This document shows positions 36,250-48,641 of a DNA stretch of 64,000 nt, in pieces. The notes beneath the pieces were generated by a model. It saw only the letters and a list, made by a program, of their open reading frames with translations. It had not been told where the DNA came from and did not search any database. Source of the DNA: Cladosporium halotolerans (lineage: Eukaryota); the NCBI RefSeq assembly GCF_011745625.1, contig NW_027191463.1:186001-250000 (forward strand), given 5' to 3'. Made by a program: the position numbers and the translations under genes. How positions within the stretch are numbered: position 1 is the first letter of the stretch; each line of letters begins with the position of its first letter.

Positions 36250-38350
36250 CGGAGCGGGCAGCGCGGAACTTCTTTACTTTCACGAACGCTACGCGAGGTA
36301 ATTGAAATTTGACGAGCGACGATTGTAATGGAACGACACACTTTTCCAACGCTTATTGACCACCTTTCTTTTCCTTTTTCCTTTTTGTCTGGATCGGATC
36401 TGTTCTGTCTTTTCCAATCTGTTACCAGCGTCCCCAACCAGGACGCGAACCACTAGACCGGGGGTTCACTTTTGCGTTTTACGGGGAAAGCAACGGCGCA
36501 ACGGCGCCACATCACGACTACGTACCAACGGCTTCACTTTTTGCAGGGCGGAGGGCAGGGGTGCGCGAGACGGGAGGGGGAAGGGAAGGGAAGGGAGAGG
36601 GGAACCCAGGACGCTCGCTACACTCTTCGGGGCCGCGTAGCCACGGCTTGCGGCTGGCTGGAGAAGGGGAGTCTCCATACCATTGTTTGATCATGACGCA
36701 GGCAGGCTGGATGGATGGTTGGATGGATGGATGGGTCTCGGCGGAGGCGGAGGAGGGGCGCGGGAATCATCGGTTTGGTCTCGGTGGTGGCAAGCAAGCA
36801 AGCAAGCCCGGCCGCTCGCCGCAAGCCATTCCATGCATGCCTGCTTGGGTGCTTGCGATACCTCAGAAAAGCAAAGTAGCCGTTTCATCACAGGGACAGT
36901 CCCCCATGGCACGAACCTTAATTGATTGAATCGAGTGCGCATCGTTTTCCTCCCCCGCCACTGCCCACTGCTCAGCCCCCCCAGTCTGGGTGGCCCGCTT
37001 TCGCGAGCGCTCTGGCTGCGTGAGGTCTGTGGATCGACGCAGCAGGCAGGCAGGCTGCGCTGTCCCGTTCGGTTCGAACCCTAATCGCTCAGCTGGCGCG
37101 CCCTTCAACCGCCCATCAGGGTTGCGCTCGCGGCGCCAGGCTGGGATGGGATGGATGGGGTTTCTTCCTCATCAGCTGCCAGACACGCCCCGCCGCCGTG
37201 GTGGCTCTTCGCTTTGGACTGGATGTTGATTGGGATTGGGCGGGCGCGACGGCGTGGTTTGAGTTGCGCCGCCACATCCTACCCTCCATACCACGGAACG
37301 CGGCCGGCCGGGGAGCGCTCCACTTCCGCGGTGGGTGGTTGCGTTGGACTGGATCTCCAGGTCCAGCTAGGTCTCGCGGCCCCGCCATCAGGGCTGCGCT
37401 GGATCTGGTCTGGAGTCGTCGCAAGACTTTCTTTCTTCGTAGGTATAGTGGTCGTCATCATCATCGACGACGCGAGAGACGCGACGCACGCGCAGCGCAG
37501 CGCAGTGCGTCCGAAGGCGATCCTGCAAGGCTGAATCTGCAGGCGTCCGGCCAGGCAGGCGGTCGCGCGACGCATTTCGCTGCACTGCGCTGCGTTGCGC
37601 TGCGCTCGTTCGCTCCCACAAGAGCGGCGGCGGGCGGCCGCGAAACCGCTTCGGGATCGCTACGGTACTTGGCTACAAGTTGCCCTTCGAGGGTCGAAGT
37701 ACTGTACCACTCACTGCCTGCTCCTGCGGGTTCCCGCCGAGAGAGACACCAGGCCAGGACAGGGCAAAGCAGGGCCCCAGGGTCAGGGCAAGCTGCCCTA
37801 AACACCTTTCTCACCTTAGCTTAGGCCGTCCTCTGGGGCCTGGCTGGAGTACCAGACTCTCCCTCCAGTCCCTCTTTGCCTCTCGCGCGATCTCGAGATC
37901 TCGTTGGTGCCCCAGGCACCCCTCCTCCTCTCCCCAACCAGCCGCCAGCAAAACACGCGCCGCCCATTCGCTTCGACGCGAACGGCTTCGTGCGCTCCCG
38001 CGCCATGGCGTTTAGGCGAAGGGCGTGCCCGCCGGCCTGCTCGTCGGCGCGCTCGGAGAGCATTCGGGTTGGCCGTTCGCCGGGCGGGGGGCTTGCTGGC
38101 TTGCTGGCTGGCTGGCTGCGTTCACATGCTGCGGTTTTTCGTGCTTTGCGCTCGTGCGCGTGCGGGACTTGCCTTTCGGCTCGATGCTGGCTAAATTGGC
38201 GATGGCAGGGGATGCCTGGGCGTGCAGGGCGAAGTGCCGCTCGTCTGCTGCGATTGATTGACTGATTGATCAATTGATTCATAAAGACGCATGCCTGTTC
38301 CCGTGCCCCGCAGACGCAGCAGCAGCGCTTGATGATGTGTCAGCAAGCGG

Positions 38351-38371
38351 CAGCAGCAGCAGCAGCAGCAG
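38351..38371. repeat. (CAG)7 microsatellite; a (CTG)7 tract lies at 39018-39038, with short GATT, GGAT and GCAA runs at about 29648, 36707, 36792 and 38252
   Basis: Directly visible tandem repeats. Confidence 0.85.
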
Positions 38372-38781
38372 CGAGGCCAGAGCACGGCGGCCGGCCGGCC
38401 GGTCTGCCTGCGACGGGAGGGTCGCTGCAACGGCGGTGGTGGCTCGGGAGGCGAAGCCGGATCTGCAAGCGCTCGCTTCGCGTCGCGCCCGCTGCGGGGA
38501 GGCGGGCGACATTACTCACGCCTCGTCTGCGCGTCACCCCACCACCACCACCGCAGCGCGCGAGAGGAGACAGACAGAGCTGTGCAAGTCACCCAGCCAA
38601 GACGTGCCTCCAGACAGCACCGCGCCCGTTGAGAGCCAGCGCCACCCGCCGTTTCCACGACACCGCAGACAACACTCGACCCGAACCGGCCACTCAGCGC
38701 GCGCCGGACATCCCGCCGCTCGCTCCCCGACCGTCTCGCGCCAGCAGTTCTGGGCCCCGGCCCCGCGACAACATCCACATC

Positions 38782-40232
38782 ATGGCGTCGCCGCCGCCGA
38801 GCCGAGACGAGCAGAGGACGGCCTCGAAGGAGAAGGCCGAGCATGTGCTGTTCGGCGGCCAGAGGTATGTTGCGTTGCATCCATTCCCTTGTCCTGCCCT
38901 GCCCTGGCCGGTCCCGCTCCGCCTGTGTATGTCGCTCGATGACGGTGCAGCGAAACGGCGTCTCGCCTACGCCCTTCCCACGTGGCGGGCGTTTTGCCGG
39001 GCTCGTTTCGCTCGCGTCTGCTGCTGCTGCTGCTGCTGCTCTCTCGGCCTGCGGTGCGGAGCGCTGCTGTCTGTGTTCGCATTACTAATCGCTTCGACGG
39101 CAGGGAGTGGCGAGAAGATGAGTGGACGGCTAGTGACGACCGGGTGAGAGGGGGAAAGTCGCAGGTATGTCGTGTGCCCCTGTCCTGTTCTGGTCTGAGA
39201 CGCCATGCGCGTCGTTGCCGTCGTCCTCGGCATATTCCCGGAGGAGGAGATGGCGAGAGGGGCAATCGCTGATGCATCGATCGATTCTCCGCACAGAGCT
39301 ACCTCGCGCGCGACGGCAAGAACGCGCGCTTCTACGGCACGCTCGACATCAAGACGTTGGGCGGCGCGGGCTTCGCGTCCCAGCGGACCGTCGCCGAGCA
39401 CGAGACCTGGGACCTGTCCGACTACGCCGGGATCCAGCTGGACGTCGCGAAGGGCGACAGTAAGTTTTTACCTCTCCCCTGCCACAGCATACCGTGTTTG
39501 CGCGCCTGCCGTTGAGCGCGAGGCTGAAACTCTCTTTGCGCAGAGAAGCGGTACACTCTGATTCTGAAGGACACACTCCTGACTCGCAACCCCGACAATG
39601 GCCGCGAACAAGCGACGATTTCGTGGGAATGCGACTTCGAGCTGCCGCCGCAGACCGTGCCGGGCGAGACCAGGGATCACTCGGTCTTCATCCCGTGGAG
39701 CAGTCTCAACCCGACGTACCGTGGGAAGCTGAAGAAGGACGCGAAGCCGATTGATCTGAAATCGGTCAAGAGGTTCAGCATCATGATGAGGAGGTAGGAA
39801 ACGGTCTCCTGACTTTCCTGATCCGAGTAACGTTGACTAACTTGATACCTATCCAGCTTCTTCGGCACTCAGGAGGGCGACTTTAGCCTGACGGTCAAAT
39901 CGATCAAGGCCGTTTCGCGCGCGCCGTCTTCGGCGGGCGTGCAGACTGTCGACGCGGATCTGAGCAAGCTCGAGAAGGGATCATTCGATCCAGGGCGGTC
40001 AGGAGAGGATTCTGATGCGACACCACCGCCTGTAAGTGCTCTGATTTCATGTGATTTTTCTCTAGCCCGGGACAGTCGCTGGGTACGGAAGGCGACGGAG
40101 CAAAAGCTAATGATCGCGTTGCAACAGACGCGCCTGTGGTACTATTTGCGATACGCGTTGGTGGCGACTCAGTTCGCATTGATCATCTCGTATTTCGTGG
40201 TCCGACCGACGTTGCATTGGATCAGGAACTGA
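38782..40232 (+). CDS. CIA30-domain protein (complex I intermediate-associated protein 30-like fold) with a C-terminal hydrophobic segment; about 5 introns
   Basis: Spliced peptide LFGG|...WTASDDRVRGGKSQ|SYL...FYGTLDIKTLGGAGFASQRT...WDLSDYAGI...PTYRGK...FSIMMR|SFFGTQEGDFSL. Confidence 0.85.
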
Positions 40233-40862
40233 GAGGTGGTGTTACTAGGGTTAGGGTTGGGGTAACTTTTGTGAAGATACCGACCATCCTCGAGGCACAA
40301 TTATTGTATTATTGTTCACAACCACCATTGAAGGTCGTTGGTCAGCTTTGAAGACAACTTTTTCATTTAACAAAGGCTACCGAGTGGTCACAGAACAAGA
40401 TTGCCCGCGAACCAAACTGCGCAAAGTGTGGGCATGAACACGTGTGACGAGGCCCACTTCCTCCTCATTTTACCCCGGGAAGATGTGATATTCCCCACAA
40501 CCACCATCACCACCATCATACCCATATTGCAATGCTGGAGTAAAGTGCCGTCGATCTCCAGTTTAGTGTGTGTTTGAAGTGTGACGGAACCCAGTGCGGT
40601 GATTCCACCAATCAACTGGCGTCTGGAGGTGAACTTCACATCATCGTGGAGCAGAGCTAGTATGGCTAACACGGCTCTAAACAACATACCCCTCTCTGGA
40701 TACTTGCTTCACGGAATAATTTCACTAGATTTTGTTTTTGAATCGAGATGAGCGGGCAATTGATCCATGGCCGTGTCGTCGAGAAAAATACAAAATGATT
40801 CAAACATCGACGCCCTCTGCCCCGGGGTCTGATCTATTCCACCAACGCTCATCACAAAAACG

Positions 40863-41913
40863 ATGAAGTTAATCACCCTCTTCCTAAGCCTAGTCTCCCT
40901 AACCCTCGCCGCCCGCCGCCTCAAACCCCCAACCGGCGCCCTCGTCGTCGGCAGCGGCAAGCAATTCGCCACCATCTCCAGCGCCGTCGCCGCCCTCTCG
41001 AACACCACCACGGCCGAGCAAACCATCTTCATCCACCCGGGCACCTACGCCGAGCAGGTCTTCATCCCCAAGCTCGCCGGCCCGCTGACCGTCTACGGCT
41101 CCACGAAAGACGACAAGAACCACGCCGCCAACACGGTCACCATCGTCGCTGCCGAGAGCCAGAAGACGCAGCCCAACAACGACCTCACCGCCACGCTGCG
41201 CGTCTGGACGACCGACTTCAAGCTCTACAACGTCAACGTCAAGAACGCCTTCGGCGTCGGCTCCCAGGCCGTCGCCGTGAGCGCCAACGCCGGCGTACGT
41301 CCTCCCTTCCCCCCTTCAAACCCAACTGACCAACTGACCTTCCCCCCCCACGCAACAGCAACAAGGCTACTACTCCTGCGCCCTGACCGGCTACCAAGAC
41401 ACGCTCCTCGCGCAGCAGGGCACCCAGCTCTACGCGCGCTCCTACATCGAGGGCGCGACGGACTTCATCTTCGGCCAGCGCGCCCGCGCCTGGTTCGAGT
41501 CCTGCGACATCGGCGTCGTCGCCAACAACCAGTCCGGCTGGGTGACGGCCTCGGGCCGCTCGTCGGACGATGCAGGGTGGTATGTGATCAACGAGTCGCG
41601 CGTAGAGGCGGCGCCGGGCAATGTCGTCGAGGATGGAAGGTACTACTTGGGGAGGCCTTGGAGGAGTTTTGCGCGAGTCGTGGTGCAGAATACGCGCTTG
41701 TCGAAGGTGATTAGTCCGGCGGGGTGGAGTGTTTGGAATGTCGGGGATGAGAGGCTGGAGAATATCACTTTCGCGGAGTACGGGAATAAGGGGCCGGGGG
41801 CGAAGGGGGAGAGGGCGAGTTTTGCGGAGGAGTTGGAGGCGCCGGTGGCGATTGAGACGGTGCTGGGGGAGGGGTGGAAGGGGGAGAAGTATGTGGATCT
41901 GAAGTTTTTGTAG
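40863..41913 (+). CDS. Secreted pectin methylesterase (CE8); 1 intron
   Basis: Signal peptide MKLITLFLSLVSLTLA, PGTYAEQV, SQAVAVSA, GYQDTL, IEGATDFIFG, YLGRPW and FAEYGNKGPG. Intron at about 41295-41358. Confidence 0.93.
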
Positions 41914-41996
41914 TGGGGAATAGATGAAGGGCGGAGTATGAAGAGCTGAGTTGAGCGTTTGACGTAGCGTGTGGCACGTACTATGTCTCGCTCACG

Positions 41997-42763
41997 CTAC
42001 ATGAAGTCGTCCAGGAAGTCCTCGTCTCGGTTCTGGTTGCTCGACTCCATCATCTGGTCTTCCGTGTGGATGTCGTCGTACATGTGGTCTTTCTGCCACT
42101 TGAGTCTCTGGCGCTCTTCGGCAAGCTGCGCATCTTGCTTCTTCTGTTTAGACTGGTGATCAGCATCATAATCTGTCCAACACGGGCATTGAGACTGGTA
42201 GACCTACCTTCTCCTGCTGCGCAATCCTCTCAACTTTCCTCAGCTCCCTCTCCCTGTCCTCCTTCTCCTGCCTCAGATCAGGGTGCTTCTCCACCTTAGT
42301 CTTGTTCAGGCGGTTGACGATCGCATTCTCGCGCTGGCTGACATAGACCCTCTTCACGAGCTTGTTGTCCTTGAAGCCCACCTGCCCAGTCGCCATAGAG
42401 CCATCCTTCTTCAAATTCGACCACGGCGTGTAGATAACAGTAATGTTATCCTTCTTGTTGCCCTCGATCGAGTTGGCCTTCGTCAGCTGCGCGCAGTCCG
42501 TGAGCAGCGCCTCGGGGATGCTGGTCCAGGTCTCGCCGTCGCGCATGCGCAGATAGATGTGCGCGGAGCTGAGGTTGTCGACGTGGAACCACACGTCTTC
42601 AGGCCAGCCGTGCGCGATCAGGTCCTCATCTCTCTCAAGAAGTTAGCACAACGATTGCGGTGGGTTGTGGGCGCAGGCGGGGCTTCGCACTCTCTACTTT
42701 GTCCTTGCCGACGTAGATGTACGCCGAGGGCTTGACGACGTTGCTGGTGAAGTAGTAGACCAT
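41997..42763 (-). CDS. CCDC25/JLP2-family protein (NFACT RNA-binding domain); 2 introns
   Basis: MVYYFTSNVV...IYVGKDK, WFHVDNLSSAHIYLR, CAQLTKANSIEGNKKDN, GQVGF and a C-terminal ...DFLDDFM*. Confidence 0.9.
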
Positions 42764-42982
42764 TGTGACGGGTATTTCGCGCCTTTTTGCTGGTGCAAGT
42801 GGCCGGTCTGTGGTTTTGGCGGGTGGCAGAATGATGGTGTTGTTGGTGGCATGTGAAATCGACTGTCCGCGGAACGCATCCCGCTCGGGTGCTGCTCCAG
42901 CTTCACGCCAACGAACATCTACGTGTGTGAACCACCTTTATCACCGGAAGCCAGCACCCACAGCATTCAGTCAACTATCAAC

Positions 42983-43463
42983 ATGGCTTTCGCCGCGAGC
43001 CTCCTCAATATCGTGGGCATTGTGTTCCTGGCGCATGCGTAAGCCTTCCCTCACCCCTCCCACTCCCAGTTCCCCTCCATCTAACCCTCCTCGCAGCGTC
43101 TACAGCGCCTACGAACACTCCCTCCTCGCCTCCGCCTCGCAATCGCCCTCTCTCCGCCTTCCCAACGAATCAGACCCCAAACTGAGCCTGCCAATCGACA
43201 TCGCGCTCGAAACCCTCTTCTCGGTCCTCCTGCTCTGCGTCGGCGTCGTGCTCTCAAGCCCCGATCTCAAACCGATCCAATGGAGCAAGTGGGCCGGCAA
43301 CCTGGAGCGTAGCAAGGAAGCGAGGATAGTGGACGAGGCGGGCGTCGCTGCTGGAAACCCGTATGCGCAGCTGGAGGAGAGGCCTGGGTTTTGGGACCCG
43401 AGGGGCGCGAAGAAGGCTTTTGGGCTCTGGGTTACGGAGGGGTCGAAGAGTGGGAGCTCGTGA
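42983..43463 (+). CDS. EMC5: ER membrane protein complex subunit 5 / MMgT family; 1 intron
   Basis: GIVFLAHA|VYSAYEHS, LPIDIALETLFSVLLLCVGVV and LEERPGFWD. Confidence 0.82.
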
Positions 43464-44510
43464 TGGGGTGGTTTTGCGGGATTAGTTGGGCATAGAGTGG
43501 AATTGTTCAATCTAATTTTTTGGTCGTGGTGACCAACTACATTTACGACGGCATTCACGTTCTCTTAGAAATGTGTTGCGCAGTCATCTGATCGCAGCTG
43601 AGGGCACGCGTGGACTTGACCCATTATTGTAAATCCTATCCTGATGCCCTGGGACTCTGTTTTTCCCGGCCTCTGTCTTTATCTCCGTCAAGCGCCATGA
43701 AGCCTAAAGCTAGATCATCGGTCTTGTCTAGACCTCTACTCTTCAAGGTAGTCATCTTTCGTAACCCCTCCGTCTGGATGGCCATACTTTGTCGACACCC
43801 ACGCTTGCCCACATGCCAAGCGATGGGGTTACAGACATTTGCCCTCTCATCTTCGTCGGCAACATGGATTTTAGTCTGCTCCCTTAGTCCACGAGCGGGA
43901 GGGCATTAGACGGTACTCGCGTCGCTCGGTTCAAGTGCAAGCGAACGCAATCAATTCAGTCTAGACCCGGCTGGAAGCCGATAGCAATCGCTGCTAGCAG
44001 AAGTCTTTCGTACTTGAATCTAGTTTGAGTTCAACTGTTTCGGCAGGTTCGTTGGGCAGCAACGTTAGGAAGCAGTGGCAGAGAGCCCCAGATTGGTCCA
44101 CTACTACCAACGCGGTCGTCGCCGCATGTAACCATCGGTCTGAGGCTCACAAAGAGTACGGATCCTTGTCGCGAAGGGGCCTATGGAGAATGGCAGCTTA
44201 GCATAAACGAGATTTGGGCCGCCGCCATGACATTCCGAACGACTGCAGGAAACCCCTGCTCGTCGAAAGCTTTGCGTTTGTGTCGAAAGCCACGTCGGGC
44301 TTAGACACGACTCTGCAGTAGCCGACGCAAGCCGACAGTCGAGCGCTGTCGAGGAGACAGGTATGGTTTCCAGCCGGCATTGTTGGTGCTTTAACTCGCT
44401 CGGAAAAGGCGGCTTGGCTTTTATTTCTCGAAGCGAGGCTGAAGGCGTTCGTCTGAATGTGGAGGCCACCACTCATATGGCGGGGCTTTGTGGATAAACC
44501 TTGGAGTGAC

Positions 44511-45298
44511 TCAAGCGCCAAAAGGTCCACCACGTCCAGCAAAGCCAAAGCCACCACGGCCGGTGCTATCAGGCCCACGAGGCTGTCGGGTAGGCTCGCC
44601 TTCCTTCGGTGTTGATGCCATTGCTCGTTGCGGGCCCAATCTCCTGCCCATGTCTTCTGGGTCGAACACCTGAGTCCCACCGACCATTTGCCTTGCCGGA
44701 GACTGGCCAGCAGAAGTTGGACGGCTGTTCATGTTGCTGTGCTGCTTTCCTCGCGGCTTGCGGTTGTCACGCCCTTGCGAGCTTTCCCTGGAATTCTGTG
44801 CTGGCGACGACGGGTTCGACGAACCCATGATTCGCTCCCTTGCCTCGGCGTACTTCCTCACCTTCTCTTCGCGCTCTATCGCCGCTTTCCTCTTACGCTC
44901 TTCAAAGTCGGCATCCCTCTTTTTGCGCGCTTCTTCCTCGCTGTCGTCTCCATCGTCTGCCGCTCCATCACCGTTCCTCTTCGCTATGATGGGCTTACGG
45001 CTGAGTACAGTCATGGGTTGCTTAGGCTCTTGCTTGAGAGGCACGGCGCCCTGAGCTTCGAGCCATAGGTTGCGCCCTGTATTCTCGGCTGAAGCCCATA
45101 TGTCCTTCTGTAGCTGCTGATGCTGGGCCCGCTTTTCCGCTTTGGATAGTTTTGCTGTCGGTATCTCGGGCTCCTGAGGTGGCGGTCGCTGCAGTGAAGT
45201 CAGAGACCAGTGTTTACTTGAACGATATTGATTCAACTCACGTCTGCAAGGGTCTCCCAATCGTCGTCCCATGCACTTGGAACCCCGCCTTTGCTCAT
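44511..45298 (-). CDS. SUZ / SUZ-C domain protein (SZRD1-like); 1 intron
   Basis: N-terminal VPSAWDDDWETLAD, MTVLSRKP, EREEKVRKYAEARERIMG (SUZ) and RQPRGPDSTGRGGFGF (SUZ-C). Confidence 0.82.
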
Positions 45299-45723
45299 AT
45301 CGCAGACTGGTGTACTGGAACGCGAGAACACAGGAAGACAAGAAGCAATTCTATGCGCGGCTGCGGGCTGATCAATTGACAAGCAAGACGGTCGACATAT
45401 AGTTATACCGAACCTTGGTTGTGTCGAGCTAGACACCGCTTTATATTCGGCGAGAGTTCCCTCGAAATAAGGCCCCGATTACCCCACGCGCGCGGGAGTG
45501 CCTCCGGCAAGGCCCGAGAGTCTAAACCCACATGCCGTCACCGGCCAACCGCGTCAAGCAGAGCAGCGATGCCTCGCTTCGTGTCGAAGTGAAGGTCTAT
45601 AGCAGCGCTCGTGAGCCGCACCGAATCACAAGCGCCAACGATGTCAGGTATTCTTCACTTGAGAGGTTCCTATCTGCTCGACGCGCTCACTCATCTACAG
45701 CTCCCGCAGACCAAGACAGCCAC

Positions 45724-46187
45724 ATGACTTCCTCCCCACCAGCGCTCCTCAGCCCCGCCGAATCGCACAATCCATCCACCATGCCCACCGCCGCTTCTGG
45801 CGCCCAGATCGCGAATTCTAACGGCAAGCGTCCCCACGGTGCTCTCACGAACGGCGCGGAGGAAGACGAAGTGGAAAGCATGCCGAACGCTCCTCGCCCG
45901 AGCCTTCCTGCGAAGACGCACGACGCGAGCGGGTACAGCTGGACGAAGGCGGAGGATGAACCTGGCTATGCGTGGACCAACAAGAAGGCCGTCGATGAGA
46001 TGAACAGGGCTTGGGATGGCATGGTGCACAAGGATGCCATGGTCAAGGGTGAGTTGCTCGTTCGCTTCGTGCGTCGCGCCACGAGGGACAGCCTACTGAC
46101 AGTGAGCTTTCTGCAGCGCGTTACGGAGACCCTCTCGAAGTTGCCGAAAACGAGCCTGCTCTGCTTGAGAGCATGAAGACTGGCTAA
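45724..46187 (+). CDS. Small hypothetical protein; 1 intron
   Basis: SGYSWTKAEDEPGYAWTNKKAVDEMNRAW...MVK|ARYGDP. Intron 46049-46116 (GTGAGT...CTGAC...CAG), stop at 46185-46187. Confidence 0.72.
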
Positions 46188-46719
46188 AGGGCCCAATGAA
46201 CATACTCTCGGGTTTTGCTGCGTTCAAGCGATCCATTGGCATTAGGGTAGGCGCATTATACGGGGTGAGGGGGCTTCTGGGGGAGGCAATTGCGAGACCA
46301 TAGTATCGCGGAACCACAGTCGACAAAAGCGCTAGAGGATAGCTAAACAATACATCACGACTCATCTTTGAATGGGAGTCTTGGTACGGTGCACGAGCCA
46401 AGGCTTCGCTCGGCCGTCTCACTGTGCCATTGTGCCCTTCCCTACGACCAGCAGCGGAATCCCTCCATGTAGGGGATTTTGACACAAGTTTCCCAAAGCA
46501 GGATCCAGTAATTACATGACGGTATGCTGACCGTGCGGCGATTTGAAGTACATCCTTGGACTGATGTTGGATGAGCTATTGAAGAAATATCATTATGCCA
46601 GTATCACAGGTCCTTGACCCTCACTCCGCTGTCAATGTATGGCCGGTCCAAGCAAATGCCACGCTATGTTGCCAATGCAATTGCAAAAAGAAACGTAAAC
46701 CCTCCTCCTGAAAAGCACA

Positions 46720-48641
46720 TCATGCATGCCCAGTCCTCAAAGTCGGCTCAACCCCTCTCTGCGCCTCTAGCTGCTCCTTTTCACGCGCGTCCTCTTGCTC
46801 ATCTTTACTCCCAACCACCTCTCTTGATCGCAACCCACTCGCGTTCGAGGCAAAGCTCGTGCCGCTCGCATCACCCTGCTCGCCGTCTCCATCCTGCGCC
46901 TCCCGCTTCTGCCGCGCGAGCTTAACCTCCGGCAGCTCAGGCTGCCCGCCCATACTGGCGAGCACAACGTCGGCATCCGCAGTCGGCGCATCGAGGACGA
47001 GCAGCTCGTGCTCCGTGAAGATCCTCGGCAGGATAGCCCAGCGCAGCGGAATGAGCGAGACGATGATGACCGGGAAGCCAAGGGCGCCGATGGTCTGCGA
47101 GATAGCAACGCTGAATCCGACGCCGAGAATCTGGAACATGATGTACAGCGCGATGCGCGACTTGCGCAGCGAGCGGCGCGGCTCCTGCGGCGAGACGAAG
47201 CGCGTTTCCTTGCAGATGTAGATCGCGTTGTCGATGATGCCGTTGCCTTCGATGCTGCCCCAGCCGACGACGAAGAAAACGCCGCAGAAGAGGGCGCGCG
47301 GCATCGTGTGCAGGACGACGAGCAATGGGCCCGTCATGGTGCCGATGAGGCCGAGGGCCATAAGAAAGTGCGACACGCGCTGCTCGGCGACGTTGTCGGC
47401 AACGATGATCTTTTTGTTGTGCCCGAGTTGGGGCGCGTCGGGTTTGTCGTCGGTTTCTTTGCTGGTTACGAGGCGGTCTTTGTACTCTGTTAGGGAGTCG
47501 GTGTGTACAGGAGCTTGCGGAACAAGGCCGTTTGGTAAAGGGATGCCAATGATGCCACCAATGAAACATGTGCAGCCGAGGAGGAAGAAGTCCCAGTGGA
47601 ATCCAGCCGGCTTGGTCAAGGGGAATTGTTTCGCTTGCGCGCCCAGGGAACTGACGTTGTGATCGTAGTAGAATAGCAGCGTGAGGAGGATACCCATTGG
47701 GAGGGCGACGAAAACCCATTTGACGTCCAGATTCCAGAAATCGACCAGCCAGCTCCGATCGACGGTTGGATAGAATGCGCGCGTGTGAGGCACTCGCAAG
47801 AGGTCGGTGTCCTTGATGCGACCAGGAATGTGCGAGAAGCCAGTCCAGAAGATTGTAGCGATAGGGTATGCATAATCAGACAGAAGCTTGCGAATGTAAG
47901 GTCTGAACATGATGGTGCTACCCATCAACTCGAGGCCGTAGACTGTGGCCCAGTAGCACAGCGCTATCACCACGCTGAGGTAACCACCAGACAAACTTCC
48001 GTTGTTGAATTGATCCACCAACTCCTCGACTCCCTTAACTATACATCATATCAGTGATGTTTCTTTGAAGCATTAGTTAGCCATTACTTACTCATGTAAA
48101 TGATTCCGACATACAGGCCGAACGAATTGCTCGAGAAGTCGGTGATGTACCGCATGTAATCGCACCAGTTGAAAACAGCGGACATCCAATGAAAGATAGC
48201 CGCCCAGATCGATACCCACGCGATGAGCTGTGGATAGATGTCGCCAACGCCTTGGTCTACCGCAATATCGTACACCGTATAGTTGAAGAGGGAGATAAGT
48301 CCGGTGATACCGACGACTGTGAGTGGCTGAACCGAAAGCAAGCTGAAAACAACCGCCGCAAGCGCGGAGGCGAACAGGCCTTCATTGATGCCGAAATAGC
48401 CATCGGTGTTACGCTCCATGTCAAGCTGGAAGGCCAATGCCGGGAGTAGGTTGACAAAGAAGATTCTCACGGTGCCGGCGAACGTCCGATAGTTGAATCC
48501 GTCCTTGATGTCGCTCCAATAGTACGGTAATCGTCGTCGAACGTCCCAGTACATGCCGCGGAACGGACGAGCCATGCGATAGGACTTCCATCCTGTCAGA
48601 CCCTCCCATGTGTACGGATCGTTGCGAAAATCGACCGACAT
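46720..48641 (-). CDS. SLC4 / HCO3- transporter family anion exchanger, BOR1-like borate transporter; 1 intron
   Basis: DVRRRLPYYWSD, FFVNLLPALAF, QPLTVVGITG, FYYDHNVSSL, KPAGFHWDF, GLVPQAPVHT and EQRVSH. Intron at about 48039-48089. Confidence 0.92.

Noticed and set aside
37077..37084. AACCCTAA, a telomerase-template-like octamer in the long gap after the bZIP gene
   Set aside because: I could not find a U/A-rich pseudoknot, an Sm site or a terminal 5' splice site downstream, and an 8-mer alone is expected by chance in 64 kb.
38351..39038. (CAG)7 and (CTG)7 as an inverted repeat flanking CIA30 exon 1
   Set aside because: Flanking sequences do not extend the complementarity, so independent microsatellites are the simpler explanation.
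40246..40262. TAGGGTTAGGGTTGGGG telomere-like repeat
   Set aside because: Only about two units within a G/T-rich 3' UTR, similar to other 3' UTRs in this window. Not an interstitial telomere.
43560..44480. ORFs 43610..43909 and 44104..44472 between EMC5 and the SUZ gene
   Set aside because: No motifs, and the position between two convergent genes fits 3' UTR or intergenic sequence.
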